Origin: Eledone cirrhosa
Taxonomy: Eukaryota
Reading direction: 5' to 3'
Assembly: GCA_964016885.1 (NCBI GenBank)
Contig: OZ024752.1
Span: 41,168,001 to 41,232,000, forward strand
DNA: 64,000 nucleotides
A program made the position numbers and the translations under genes. Within the stretch, counting starts at the first letter, position 1; each line of letters begins with the position of its first letter. Of the stretch, positions 27,950-42,829 are shown piece by piece. Below the pieces are notes generated by a model. That model did not search any database, was not told the origin of the DNA, and saw nothing but the letters and a program-made list of their open reading frames with translations.

Positions 27950-29432
27950 ACTGTACGTAGATGTGTGTATATAAATGTATGTATACATCGTCTGTTATAA
28001 AAACTCGCATTAATCTATTACAGACTATGTACGTTCTATACTTGCTATCATTGAGCCAACAGTATGTGTGTATATAAATGTATGTATATAAATGTATATA
28101 TAGTTACCCTCAGTAAACTATCACAGACTATATACGTCCTATACTTGCTATCATTCAGCCAACAGTATGTGTGTATATAAATTTATATATATAAATGTAT
28201 ATATATAAATGTATATATATAAATGTATATATATAAATGTATCAAAGGTATATATTGAGTTAGAAACTGAAAATAGTCTCTTACAATAAAATAGCTCTAG
28301 GAAAGAGATTTTTCCGAGCCGTATATTATAATTAATATACTTAGAAGTGTCTAGGATACTAATTCTTCATCCACTGATGAGCAAGAATTGGCATTCCTAT
28401 TCACAATTAATTTTGCGAAACAGCAGTACCAAAAGCTGTCTGGGTGATTGGTAGTTACCACAATTCCGGTTTGTATTTATTTCCTTGATTTATTCTTAAA
28501 TTGAGTCTGGCAAACCCTATTGTCTATAGTTAGTATTCTTTTCACCTTAGCGAATCTGGTCCCTTACGATTTGAACACATATATGTATATATCTGTGTTC
28601 GTTTTTCTTGTATATAAATGTATATATACATCGTCTGTTATAAAAAAAACCCTCAGTAAACTATCACAGACTATATACGTCCTATACTTGCTATCATTCA
28701 GCCGACAGTAAGTGTGTATATAAATGTATGTATATAAATGTATATTTATCGTATGTTATAAAAAAAACTCTCAGTAAACTATCACAGACTATATACGTCC
28801 AATACTTGCTATCATTCAGCCGATATTATGCTTGTATATAAATGTATATATATTCATCGTCTATATACGTTCTATACTTGGTATCATGCAACCGACAGTA
28901 TGTGTGTATATAAATGTATATATATTCATCCTCTATATACGTCCTATACTTGCTATCATTCAGCCGATAGTACGTGTGTATATAAATGTATATATATTCA
29001 TCGTCTATATACGTCCTATACTTGCTATCATTCAGCCGATAGTATGTGTGTATATAAATGTATATATATTCATTGTCTATATACGTTCTATACTTGGTAT
29101 CATGCAACCGACAGTATGTGTGTATATAAATGTATATATATTCATCGTCTATATACGTCCTATACTTGCTATCATTCAGCCGACAGTATGTGTGTATATA
29201 AATGTATATATATTCATCCTCTATATACGTCCTATACTTGCTATCATTCAGCCGATAGTACGTGTGTATATAAATGTATATATATTCATCGTCTATATAC
29301 GTTCTATACTTGGAATCATGCAGCCGACAGTATGTGTGTATATAAATGTATATATACATCGTCTGTTATATAAACCCTCTCTAAACTATCACAGACAATA
29401 TACTTTCTATACTTGCTATCATTCCGCCAACA
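27950..29432. repeat. 72-bp minisatellite array (regular from ~28835 to 29350), interrupted at ~28245-28610
   Basis: Unit tatataaatgtatatatattcatcgtctatatacgtcctatacttgctatcattcagccgacagtatgtgtg; explains the 24-aa repeat ORFs. Confidence 0.92.
28367..28447 (+). ncRNA. Canonical type I hammerhead ribozyme (GUC site, cleavage 3' of 28440)
   Basis: TCATCCA-CTGATGA-GCAAG..TTTGC-GAAA-CAGC agtaccaaaa GCTG-TC-TGGGTGA; all core nucleotides present and three proper stems. Confidence 0.9.
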
Positions 29433-29809
29433 GTATTATTTCTCTATTTGCCTATTTATTAATTTCTTCGTGTATCTTTACACTGTTTAGTTTCCCTAAC
29501 TCCGGACTTCCTACACCCCATTGTTGACACGCATTCACATATGCATGCATATACGTCGTCGTTCAGCGTTGCTCCAATGCAAAGCTATTAGCTCTATTTC
29601 CTGCTATTTCATTTGCTACTTCCGGTATCGCACACCATCCACACGGTTGGCTCGACTCTCTCTACTCAGCAGGTGTGTATTGTAATGACACAACTGACAA
29701 GTAGGATTCACAGGAAGACAGGAAGTTGTTGAGTGTTTTTCAATGATGTGAGGGGTTAGCTGAAGAAATAAATTGATTTCGTGGTCGGATATTGTCTACG
29801 GGGGAGAAG

Positions 29810-30028
29810 GAGAGAAAGAAGAGAAAGAAAGAGAGAAAGAAAGAGAGAAAGAAAGAGAGAAAGAAAGAGAGAAAGAAAGAGAGAAAGAAGAACAGAAAGA
29901 AAGAGAGAAAGAAGAACAGAAAGAAAGAGAGAAAGAAGGACAGAAAGAAAGAACGGAAGAGCGGAAGAAAGAAAGAAAAAAGATAGAACGAAAGAAAGAA
30001 AGAACGAAAGAAAGAGAGAGAGAAAGAT

Positions 30029-30107
<79 letters not shown>

Positions 30108-30540
30108 ACGAAAGAAAGAACGAAAAAAAGAAAGAAGGAAAGAACGAAAGGAAGACAGTCAGAAAGAAAGAACGAAAGAAAAAAAAAAGAAAGAAATAAA
30201 GAAAATAAGAAAGAAAAAGACTGAAAGATAGAAAGACAGAAAGAGACAGTATGAAAGAAAAAGGTAGGAAAGAAAGAAAGAATGAAAAAATGAATGAAAG
30301 AAAGAATGAAAGAACGAAAGGAAGACAGTCAGAAAGAAAGAACGAAAGAAGACAAAAATAAAAATAAAATAAGAAAGAAAGAGACTGAAAGATAGAAAGA
30401 GACTGAAAGAGACAGTAAGAAAGAAAAAGGTAGGAAAGAAAAAAGAATGAAAGAATGAATGAAAAAAAGAAAGAATGAAAGAAAGAAAGAAAAAAAAAGA
30501 AAGAAAGAACGAAAGAACGACGGAAAAAAAGAGAGAAGAA
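29810..30540. repeat. Polypurine (GAAA)n / 12-bp compound tract
   Basis: Direct inspection. Confidence 0.92.
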
Positions 30541-30722
30541 TAAGTTTGATTAGTGAGAAAGAGATTGGTAGTTGAGTTGTCATAGATGTCAACTAAAGTT
30601 GTGTAGAAATAAAACAATAAGAAAAATAAGGGAAAAAAATGGTAGAATTTATTTAAGAGAAAAATAGGAATGGCTTTTCCTGTTTCCTATTTGATACATA
30701 AATGTGTTTTTGTATAGTCGTG

Positions 30723-31400
<678 letters not shown>

Positions 31401-31711
31401 TGTTGTTGTGTAGCATTTAGTTATTCATAAGAACGTATATTGGCAGTCTCAATTTGAGTGGACAGAAGTTTCTAGAAGCGCCGAAGTTTCCAAGTATAAT
31501 TACTCTAAATGTATGTATGGTTTAACAGAATGCTGGTATTACAGAATTACAGAATTGCAGCTGCTGGCCAGATTTATAGAACATCAGAATACAGACCGAT
31601 GCCTTCATACTTCCTGTACACAAACAGTATTTATATGTCTCTCTGGCAAATACACGGAACTCTCAAATAAAAGCAGTTTGCCAAGTTACGAAAAGGCATT
31701 CTAGAAAGTCG

Positions 31712-31926
31712 CCGTGGATTGTCAGTATCGGTAGAGCGTTGGACACCAGGCTGCGCGGCCCTTGATGTTCTGAGTTCAAATCCTGCCGAGGTTAGCTTTG
31801 CCTTTCATCCGTACTAGATCGATAAAAAAGTCGATTAAATGGCCTCCAGTGCACTGGAGTCCATTTAATCGACTTTCGCCTGCCCCCCAAAAACTTGCTG
31901 GCCTTGTGCTTAACGTAGAAATCATT
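31712..31926 (+). mobile_element. SINE, long variant, diverged
   Basis: Head, B-box and 3' end recognisable. Confidence 0.8.
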
Positions 31927-32186
31927 ATAGAAAATGGCAGTTTACTACTATCACTGTAAAGCAACGGTTGCCAACCTTTCGGACTTCACGGACCACTAAA
32001 TTCATAATTTTATATCCCTCGGCCACTAATATAAATTAATGGTCAATGGTCGAAAAAGCACTGAAGCGTACGTGTGTCATATTGTCCATAGATGATACAT
32101 ATGTGCAAAATTCTTTCATGGATTTTAATTCTTTACAGAGGAGAAACTTGTTTAAGGGGGTTAATCATATGGTCATCAGGTAAGTA

Positions 32187-32238
32187 CTTGTCTGATGACC
32201 ATGAGATAAATAAACAAGAGAAACTCCAGAGTAATAAG
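32187..32238 (+). ncRNA. Decayed hammerhead-like motif
   Basis: CTTGT-CTGATGA-(poor stem II)-GAAA-CTC ca GAG-TA-ATAAG. Confidence 0.45.
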
Positions 32239-32262
32239 ACTGACTGTTTAGCCTTATTGACG

Positions 32263-32295
<33 letters not shown>

Positions 32296-32298
<3 letters not shown>

Positions 32299-32510
32299 CA
32301 GTCGATCGGCATTCGTCAAATCGGACCGAGGAAACAATGTTTCCGTTGGTCTTTCCAATCGCTAGTACTCTCTATCGGTCGCAACTCCAGGTAGAAGGAG
32401 CAACGTGAAATAAAGTGTCTTGCTCAAGGACATAACGCATCGCCTGGTCCAGGAATCGAACTCACAATCTTACGATTGCGAATCCAATTCTCTAACCACT
32501 CGGCCACACG

Positions 32511-32514
<4 letters not shown>
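32296..32514 (-). mobile_element. CORE-like tRNA SINE, full length
   Basis: Minus strand GGCGTGTGGCCGAGTGGTTAGAG (A box), GAGTTCGATTCC (B box); homolog of 1990-2182. Confidence 0.85.
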
Positions 32515-32555
<41 letters not shown>

Positions 32556-32600
32556 AATAACAGGAGGCTGGACTGGGGTATAATTCCTTAAAGGTTTATT

Positions 32601-32657
32601 ATACTATGAACATTTCAATGACCGGGTTCAGTATGAATCCGGTGACATCATCAGGTA
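32601..32657 (-). ncRNA. Type I hammerhead, imperfect base of stem II
   Basis: ATAC-CTGATGA-..ACCGGATTCA tac TGAACCCGGT..-GAAA-TGTTCA-TA-GTAT followed immediately by AATAAA. Confidence 0.65.
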
Positions 32658-32865
32658 TTCCGAAATTTATCCAACAAAGGAATATTACAATAGACACAAT
32701 CAAGGAGCTGAAAACCAGAGAGAGATGCCCAAGACGCGAAGGCGGCCAAAAATGAGCAGTTGCTAGTTCGGGCGTCCGCCTTCAAGTGTATATATATATA
32801 TAGATATATATATATATATATATATAATATATAAGATCAAAAGATGGTTAAAGGAGTTCCATGTA

Positions 32866-32932
32866 TTTTATTATGCGCATTTCAAAAACAAACATCATCA
32901 TGCAATAATATTTGTGTTTTCATCAGATAAAA
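32866..32932 (-). ncRNA. Type I hammerhead, same family as 25125 (element ~32832-32991)
   Basis: TTTTAT-CTGATGA-..-GAAA-TGCGCA-TA-ATAAAA; stem II differences keep pairing. Confidence 0.85.
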
Positions 32933-33475
32933 CAGGAGAACATGATATGAAGGCTAAAAAACACCTGTGGACAGTGCAGTTTTAAATCACATATCATATT
33001 ATATATATATATATATATATAAAAGGTAAACAGAATAACAACACAATCGGTACAGTATATGGAAGGTAATATATTAGGGGGGAGAGGTTGGAGGAGAGCT
33101 TGAGAGTATATATATATATATATATCTATATATATATATTTTTTTTTTTTTTTAATATATATATATATATATATATTGAGGAATTTAGATTGATTTGCTG
33201 ACATAGGTTTCTTCAACTCACTCTTAGGTCAGGTCATCAGATGGTAACAAACCTTCTATAAAACCTTTACTACGGAAGGCCACTAATGAGAAACACAAAC
33301 ACAGAAGACCTCTCAAGACATTGAAGAGACTCATTGAAGAAGGAACAGAATTATCCAGTGAAGACTGAGGCAGTTAATATTGGATTGTGAAATGGAAAGG
33401 TTTTACCATGTTACCACAAAGTGGATGAATTTTATAGTAGAAATATTCCTGGTTATCAACCATTATTTTCTTGAG

Positions 33476-34051
33476 GGGGGATTGGCAGTATCGGTAGAGA
33501 GTCGGACGCCATGCTTTGACGCATAGTTACGGCCCTTGCCATTCTGAGTTCAAATCCCGCCGAGGTTAACTTTGCCTTTCATCCTTACGGGGTCGATAAA
33601 ATAAAGTACCAGTAATGCACTGAGTAATTGCTGGCCTTGTGCCTGAAGTAGAAACAATTATTTTCTTGACACCATGCTTCGTAACATAGAGTTATGGCCC
33701 TTTATGTTCCGTGTTCAAATTCCCTCGAGGTTAGCTTTGCTTTTCATCCTTACGGGGTCGATAAAATAAAGCACCAGTAATACACTGGAGTAATTGCTGG
33801 CCTTGTGCCAAACGTAGAAACTATTATTTTAATCTGCATTGCGAGATGGAAAAGGAATAGAGATGAATTCAGGACAGGTGGAGGGTCATGTGATTACAAA
33901 CATAGCAATTTATGAAAGAATGGCCTCGTGTTAGGGTTAAATATAATTGTTTCTACTTTAGGCACAAGGCCAGCAAATACCCAGTACATTACTGGTACTT
34001 TATTTTATCGACCCCGTAAGGATGAAAGGCAAAGTCAACCTCGGCAGGATT
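33476..34051. mobile_element. SINE cluster (two plus, one minus fragment)
   Basis: ~33476-33660 +, 33668-33825 +, 33945-34051 -. Confidence 0.88.
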
Positions 34052-34099
34052 AAATATAATATCAACAGAAAATGTACACAGTTACATAAGCTAAACATA

Positions 34100-34139
<40 letters not shown>

Positions 34140-34265
34140 TATCCCCGGTTCAATCGGGGTAACCACAGTAAGTAAGGTTACATAGCATAGTATAAATATG
34201 ATGATTTCCTCAGAATGAAACAGTTCTAGTCCTGTAGAGCCGTTTCTATATTAAATATATATATA

Positions 34266-34301
<36 letters not shown>

Positions 34302-34307
34302 GAGGGT

Positions 34308-34382
<75 letters not shown>

Positions 34383-34434
34383 TGCAAAAATATACAGCCT
34401 AATTAGGTGCACGTTTGGAAGAAGTAAATTAGGG

Positions 34435-34469
34435 TTTCAACGTATCGGACATAAGTCTTTCTTCAGAAA
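34435..34469 (-). ncRNA. Decayed minimal hammerhead
   Basis: TTT-CTGAAGA-A-AGAC ttat GTCC-GATA-CG-TT-GAAA; core GAAA mutated. Confidence 0.4.
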
Positions 34470-34567
34470 TAGTAAAGTATGAAGGGAGAAAGAAAATGTT
34501 AGAACAATGGAGGTAGAAAGGCTGGGAAAATATTTAGAAAAAAAGGAGATGGTAACATGGGAGTGGT

Positions 34568-34638
34568 AGAGAGAGGGGGGGGGGGAGACAGAGACAGACA
34601 GATTGACAGACAGACAGAGAGAGGGGGGAGAGGGAGTG

Positions 34639-34703
<65 letters not shown>

Positions 34704-34771
34704 AGAGAGAGAGAGAGAGAGAGAGAGAGTGTGTGAGAGAGAGAGAAGGAGGAGTGAGAGAGAGGGAGAGA

Positions 34772-34859
<88 letters not shown>

Positions 34860-34927
34860 GAGAGAGAGATATATAGAGAGAGTGTGTGAGAGAGAGAGAA
34901 GGAGAGAGTGAGAGAGAGGGAGAGAGA

Positions 34928-35010
<83 letters not shown>
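34568..35010. repeat. (GA)n tract
   Basis: Direct inspection. Confidence 0.95.
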
Positions 35011-35012
<2 letters not shown>

Positions 35013-35705
35013 AAGATTAGAGAGGAAAAAGTGGTTGAAGGAGGGTCGCGGATATTAGTGCAATACACCACGGGACGGGCAGTTAAAAAAAATCCACCAA
35101 TTCCCAAACCGTTGATAATACTGCGTGAAGAAACCCAAGAAGCTGACTAGATTTCCGGATTCGAAGAATAACGCGTGTTCTACGTCATATAGACACCATT
35201 TCCCGTGCTTGAGATATCGGTGCAAAGATGAGCTTCACGTCATAAATTGCTTTATCTCTCAATAAGGAAAATATTTTAATTCCAATTATTTCACGCATCA
35301 TTCTAGATATAAAATCCAGTGATTTTTTGAGTCCAATTTGTTATGATTTGTTATCCATGTATTGTGTGAAGAACTAGAAGAATCAATACAGTTTCACACC
35401 ATTTATCTACAACCAGATGTCACAAATATTAAGTAACAATAAAGAAGAGTCATTCAACTAGAAATAAGCCTGTCTTCATTATCAGAAGTCTGCGACGTCG
35501 CTGAGAATTCATTCATACATAATTGCGTGGTTAAGAAGTCCACTGTGCAATTTTGAGATAGTATGTTTGATTACACAACATAACATCTTGAGTATCTTGA
35601 GCAATTGGGTTTTACAAGCCATAATCTCGAATCGAGATAAGCATTATAACTGACATTGGGTAAAAAGAAATGTGTGAACAGACGTTGCATAGATCGCACC
35701 TATAC

Positions 35706-35788
<83 letters not shown>

Positions 35789-35791
<3 letters not shown>

Positions 35792-35980
35792 CGGAGGAAA
35801 TGTGGTAAGGAACCAGGTGGACCATAACACACCAAAGTACTCAATACTTAGGGTAGTAGAGTGGGTAATAGGAACGAGTAGGACCCCGACGGCTGAGCTC
35901 AAGCCGTTTCGACGGCTAATTCTGGACTCAGAATTAGCCGTCGAAACGGCTTGAGCTCAGCCGTCGGGGTCCTACTCGTT

Positions 35981-35984
<4 letters not shown>
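35789..35984 (-). mobile_element. Fold-back half-hammerhead element, copy C (perfect palindrome)
   Basis: 56-bp perfect arms 35869-35924 / 35929-35984, 4-nt loop, tail 35789-35868. Confidence 0.92.
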
Positions 35985-36048
<64 letters not shown>

Positions 36049-36154
36049 ACATATATATATGTGTGTGTTTGTAAGTAAACAGAAATAACAACACAATCGG
36101 TACAGTATATGGAAGGTATATATTAGGTTAACGCTTGATATAGCAGGAATAGGG

Positions 36155-36190
36155 TCTTAACGTTTCGGACGCTAGTCCTTCGTCAGAAGA
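36155..36190 (-). ncRNA. Minimal type I hammerhead ribozyme (element ~36070-36220)
   Basis: TCTT-CTGACGA-A-GGAC tagc GTCC-GAAA-CG-TT-AAGA. Confidence 0.85.
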
Positions 36191-36294
36191 AAGAATGAGA
36201 AATTAGAAAAATTGAAGGGACGGGTTGGTACGGGCGGGGCGGAATCAGCATTCTAGTAAATATGAATATACATTTTTGGGCGGCACCCTGTATA

Positions 36295-36334
<40 letters not shown>

Positions 36335-36382
36335 TATGAAAATAAGAAAGGAATAGAACTTTTCGAAACTTGTGTTAAAAAT

Positions 36383-36766
36383 AATGATTTCTACTATAGT
36401 CACATGACCAGTAATTTGGGGGGAGGGGAAGTCGATTAAATCGACCCCAGTGCATTACTGGTGCTTTATGTTATCGACCCCGTAAGGATGAAAGGAAAAG
36501 CTAATCTCGGCGGGATTTGAACTCAGACCGTAAAGGGCCTTAACTCTATGCTGCAAAGCATGGTCTTCGACTCTCTACCAACACTGCTTATCTACCGCCC
36601 TCACTTGCGTGGAAAATAATTGTTTCTACTTTTGGCACAAGGCCAGCAAATCCCCAGTTCATTACTGGTACTTTATGTTATCGACCCCGTAAGGATGAAA
36701 GGCAAAGTTAACCTCGACGGGATTTGAAAGGACGTAACTATGCTGGAAAGCATGGCGTCCGACCCT
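36383..36766 (-). mobile_element. Two SINEs (long and short variants)
   Basis: Consensus match; the head of the second is re-duplicated with flank at ~36890-37048. Confidence 0.88.
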
Positions 36767-37899
36767 GCTTTCCAGACTTTTTCCAGTGAAAAATAATAAA
36801 ATATAAAAAAAGGCGGTGTAAATAGCTTAATAACTACACATGGCCCCTTTCTGAAACGGATCCATGTTTGTAAGGCAGTATTAAAATTTGAAGGGACGTA
36901 ACTATGCTGGAAAGCATGGCGTCCGACCCTGCTTTCTAGACTTGCGTGAAAAATAATAACATATAAAAAAGGCGGTGTAAATAGCTTAATAACTACACAT
37001 AGCTCCTTTCTGAAACGGACCCATGTTTGTAAGGCAGTATTAAAATTTCAAAAAGTAAAAAAGAAAAACAAACAAACAAACAAAAAAGAAAGCATTGAAG
37101 CCTTAAGACAAAATAATTGGTTTGAAAAGGTTCTATCGTGTCCCTCTGAAACGTCGCTATACGTTTAACAGGAGACACTCTTTTATCACTCGTTTATCCG
37201 ATTGAACAGCAAATATCTATTGATTGATTAAATGTTATGTTTAAAGTTTGAATTGGCTGGAGGCCACAATAGAGTGTATTAAATGATTTAGCTGAGTATT
37301 TGCCTTACATAAAACAAATTGAATAAATACAAATGGAAGGAAAACAAAAACGAAAGCAAATTTAAATGAAAATCACTTATCGTTTGTTATTGTTATTTTA
37401 TTCATAAAGAGACACAGAGAATAAATAAACCTTCCAGGGAAATGCCTAGCTGAAAATCTGTTCAGGTTGCTTTCACAAGAAAAACGGAAAGTTATTCTAT
37501 TGACAACGGCATTATATCTCCGAAAAGTATTTTATAGGAAACCCAAATATCCCCCGGGAATTTGTTCTAAAGTAACGAAATCGATAGAGTAAAAATAAGA
37601 ATAATAATTTTCAAAGGAGGGACAGTGCTCGATTAATCTTAGACTTTCAGGGGTTTTTTTAAAGAAAATATCAGAACTTTTAGCAATAATTATGTTATGA
37701 ATTGTTATAAAAGGGATGAAAATGGTTGATTAAACTGACCGCAGGATGATTTTAATATATTCATTAATTTTCCGCTGACCGTCCGTGAGTTAGTGTATTG
37801 ATGTGTGTGTGTGTGTTTACGCATGTGTGTGTGTATGTGTGTAAGAGAGAGAGAGAGACAGACAGAGAGAGAGACAGACAGACAGAGATAGAGACAGAC

Positions 37900-37931
<32 letters not shown>

Positions 37932-38007
37932 CTAGGCAGAAATTGGCTAGAATGTTTGTTGTTTCAAAAGACCGAAGGAGAACAGATGTTTTTAGCTGTT
38001 ATATCTA

Positions 38008-38348
38008 TAATTGTTTCTACTTTAGGCACAAACCAGCAATTACACAATGTATTACTGGTACTTTATTTTATCGACCCCATAAGGATGAAAGGCAAAGTCA
38101 ACCTCGGCGGGATTTGATCTCAGTCCGTAAAGGGACGTAACTATGCTGGAAAGCATGGCGTCCGACCCTCTACCGAATAATTGTTTCTACTTTAGGCACA
38201 AGGCCAGCAATTACCCAGTGCATTACTGGTACTTTATTTTATCGACCCCGTAAGGATGAAAGGCAAAGTCAACCTCGGCGGGATTTGATCTCAGTCCGTA
38301 AAGGGACGTAACTATGCTGGAAAGCATGGCGTCCGACCCTCTACCGAA
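38008..38348 (-). mobile_element. Tandem SINE dimer
   Basis: Two 5'-truncated copies share the private variant gatttgatctcagtccg. Confidence 0.9.
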
Positions 38349-38977
38349 TAATGGAAGTAGATACTGTACGAACATAAAACAAATATATATACAAATATAT
38401 ATATATATATACGATATTAAACAAATGGAAACTATATTTATAAAACCATATTTATTTCGTTATATATATTTCTGGGATATCATATTAAAAATATGGTATG
38501 CCTTCCTCAGACAAAATACAATACATAAGCTGTTTTATAAATAATTATTGACATACCTTATAATAATGCAACTTCCATTTAAAAAGGCAAAAATATTTAG
38601 TCGTTGTAACCCAACAATCTTAAATAAAACTTTTGCATATATATATATATATATATGATAGAAACCTGCCAAATGTCATATTCTAAATGTTACGTCGTTC
38701 ACTAGTAACCCAGAATAAGGTACTTGACCGTGTGAAATATTAACTTGATCTTACAATGGACAGTTAGTTTATTCACCTGTTTATACGTTCCTTCACAACA
38801 CGTCCATGAGCGTTCAGAATTTTCTATATTTATATATACAAAACTGTGTGAGTGTGTGTATGTTTTCCTGTGAGCAAGTGCGTGTTTGTGTTATATGTGT
38901 GAATATGTGTGTTTGTGTGTGTGTGTGTGCGAGTGTGTATATGTCTGAGTGCTTTTGCGTGTCTGAGTGTGCGTATA

Positions 38978-39069
<92 letters not shown>

Positions 39070-39074
39070 TCTAT

Positions 39075-39367
39075 CTAAGGCGGGTAAAATTCCCGAGATC
39101 CATGGACGAGTTCTCTCCAGCGGTCTCTGTCCCTCATTATCGCTGCCATATCCTGCATCTCCAACAGACCAGTGTCTGTCCTTAGGGCATCAACATGAGG
39201 ATGAAAAACTCAGAGCTGTATGGGAGCATCCCAAAAGTCAGCTCAAAAGTGACACAGAGGAGACTGAGGTTGGCTGGACATGCTCACCGACATCCAGAGT
39301 TGACATTGCACTCAGTGCTCCTTTGGGAGCCCCTACATGGACACACTAGAAGAGGAAGACCAAGGTT

Positions 39368-39370
<3 letters not shown>
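39075..39370 (+). mobile_element. 296-bp RTE-derived element, second copy
   Basis: Same ends as 16686-16981, about 3 substitutions seen, (TA)n on both sides. Confidence 0.85.
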
Positions 39371-39425
<55 letters not shown>

Positions 39426-39539
39426 TATATATATATAAAGAAATATGATTTTATTTTCAAAAGATAAATAAATATGAGAAAGAAAGACAAAAGCAAAATT
39501 AAGTAATGAGAAAATGGGGAAGGGGTAAGGAGAGGGAAG

Positions 39540-39708
39540 ATCGAAAGCCATGCTTTGCAAGCAAAGAGTTATTATGGCCCTTTACTTCTGAGTTCAAATC
39601 CCGCCGAGGTTAACTTTGCCCTTCATCCTTACGGGGGGGGGGTCGATAAAACAAAGTACCAGTAATACACTGGTGTAATTGCTGGCCTTGTGCCCAAATC
39701 AAAAACCA
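39540..39708 (+). mobile_element. SINE, 5' eroded
   Basis: B-box and 3' body match consensus. Confidence 0.85.
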
Positions 39709-40124
39709 TTTGTTCAGAATATATGGTCCACTATCATCATATATTTGGTGCTGCATGTTCATTGCCGGGTTGTGCAGTGATGTGTATATTGATCTATAAA
39801 CAAAGATCGTTGTGCATTTCAAGATGAAGGTAATATTACAAAAAGTCAAGTATCTTTTTCTTCTTTACAACTAGATGTAAAATTTAGAAGCTGACATTTG
39901 TCAGGGATTCTTTGCTCTTTTTTGTTTTTTTTGTTGTTGTTTTTTTTGAGACAGGCGTTGACATTTTCAGGATAAGAAATACTTCCGGTCTTTGAGAAGC
40001 CATTGATCTCCTTCAAAGTCACTCAATACAGTCAATTCTATGAGATCCTAATACTATTTACATTTGTACGTTGTGAATGGATTTAAGTGGAAGGCGGCGA
40101 CATAATTGAAGCCATTGATCGCGG

Positions 40125-41142
40125 GGGCGGGGGGCGGCGGTGGTGGTGGTGGTGGTGGTGTGTGTGTGTGTTTGGTGGTGGTCTGGTGCTGGTGGTCTGG
40201 TGGTGGTGTGTGTGTGGTGGTGATGGTGGTCTGGTGGTGGTGTGTGTGTGGTGGTGATGGTGGTGGTGGTGGTGTGTGTGTGGTGGTGGTAGTGGTGCTG
40301 GTGGTGGTGAGCTGGTGTGTGGTGGTGTGTGTGGTGGTGTGTGTGTGGTGGTGGTGGTGATGGTGGTGGTAGTGGTGGTGGTGGTGGTGGTGGTGGTGGT
40401 GCTGGCGGTGGCGGTGTGTGTGGTGGTCTGGTGGTGGTGGTGGTGGTGTGTGTGTGTGGTGGTGGTGGTGGTGGTGGTGGTGGTGGTGTGTGTGTTTGGT
40501 GGTGGTGGTAGTGGTGGTCTGGTGGTCTGGTGGTGGTGGTGTGTGTGTTTGGTGGTGGTGGTAGTGGTGGTCTGGTGGTGGTGGTGGTGGTGTGTGTGTG
40601 TTTGGTGGTGGTGGTAGTGGTGGTCTGGTGGTGGTGGTGGTGGTGGTGGTGTGTGTGTGGTGGTGGTGGTCTGGTGGTGGTGGTGGTGGTGGTGTGTGTG
40701 TTTGGTGGTGGTGGTAGTGGTGGTCTGGTGGTGGTGGTGGTGGTGTGTGTGTGTGTGTTTGGTGGTGGTGGTGGTGGTGGTCTGGTGGTGGTGGTGGTGG
40801 TAGTGGTGGTCTGGTGGTGGTGGTGGTGTGTGTGTGGTGGTGGTGGTGGTGGTGGTGTGTGTGTTTGGTGGTGGTGGTAGTGGTGGTCTGGTGGTGGTGG
40901 TGGTGTGTGGTGTGTGTAGTGGTGGTGGTGGTGTGTGTGGGGGTGGTGGTGGTGTGTGTGTCTGGTGGTGGTGGTGGTGGTAGTGGTGGTCTGGTGGTGG
41001 TGGTGGTGGTGTGTGTGTTTGGTGGTGGTGGTGGTAGTGGTGGTCTGGTGGTGGTGGTGGTGTGTGTGTGTGTGTTTGGTGGTGGTGGTGGTGGTGGTGG
41101 TCTGGTGGTGGTGGTGGTGGCGGTGTGTGTGTGGTGGTGGTG

Positions 41143-41148
<6 letters not shown>
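40125..41148. repeat. ~1-kb (GGT)n/(GT)n compound tract
   Basis: Direct inspection. Confidence 0.95.
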
Positions 41149-42145
<997 letters not shown>

Positions 42146-42441
42146 TCCTTGCGTGAAGACATAAATATGGACGTTGGTCGCATATATACACATGCGTATA
42201 AAGGTACGGAAATACATGGACATGTGTGTATGCAACCACATGCACACACAGAGATACATACATACACACATACACACACACATACATGTACATACATACA
42301 TACTCACACACAAACACACACGCATACACGCACACATACACACACACATATACATACACACACACACACACACAAACACACACAAACAAACACATACCCA
42401 AACACATACATACACACACACACATACCACACACACCTACT

Positions 42442-42499
<58 letters not shown>

Positions 42500-42829
42500 C
42501 ACAAACAAACACATATACAAACACAAACAAACACGTACACACTTACAAACACATACACACACACGCACACAAACAAACACACAAACACACACACACAAAC
42601 ACACACAAACAGACACACAAACAGACACACAAACACACACACAAGCACACACACACATCTACATCAGTATTTTCTGCGAGAGGCAATCTCTCATCCTTAG
42701 ACACAATCCTTTGACCAGAATCTTTCTTTAAACTCCTTTAACATTAAAGGTCAAGAGAAGGTCAAGATTTCCGTTGAGTTAATTTTGCCAGTTTATTTCC
42801 TTACTTGATTCCCATTTTAAAAAAGATAT

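Noticed and set aside
28826-29527. 24-aa repeat ORFs on both strands
   Set aside because: 72-bp minisatellite open in several frames; no coding asymmetry
31962-32063. hAT-like mini element
   Set aside because: Termini too degenerate and no clear 8-bp TSD
32430-32514. tRNA gene calls for SINE heads
   Set aside because: No complete cloverleaf with acceptor stem; heads continue into SINE bodies
33190-33245. Minus-strand CTGATGA..GAAA..GTC
   Set aside because: Stems I and II do not pair convincingly; similar weak cases at ~5815, 38450-38510, 53988 and 59955 were also left uncalled
36255-36293. Tc1-like terminus ..ggcaccctgTA
   Set aside because: No partner TIR found; orphan end only
39718-39830. 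AG..GT-bounded candidate exon
   Set aside because: Stops in all three + frames; minus-strand peptides are not recognisable
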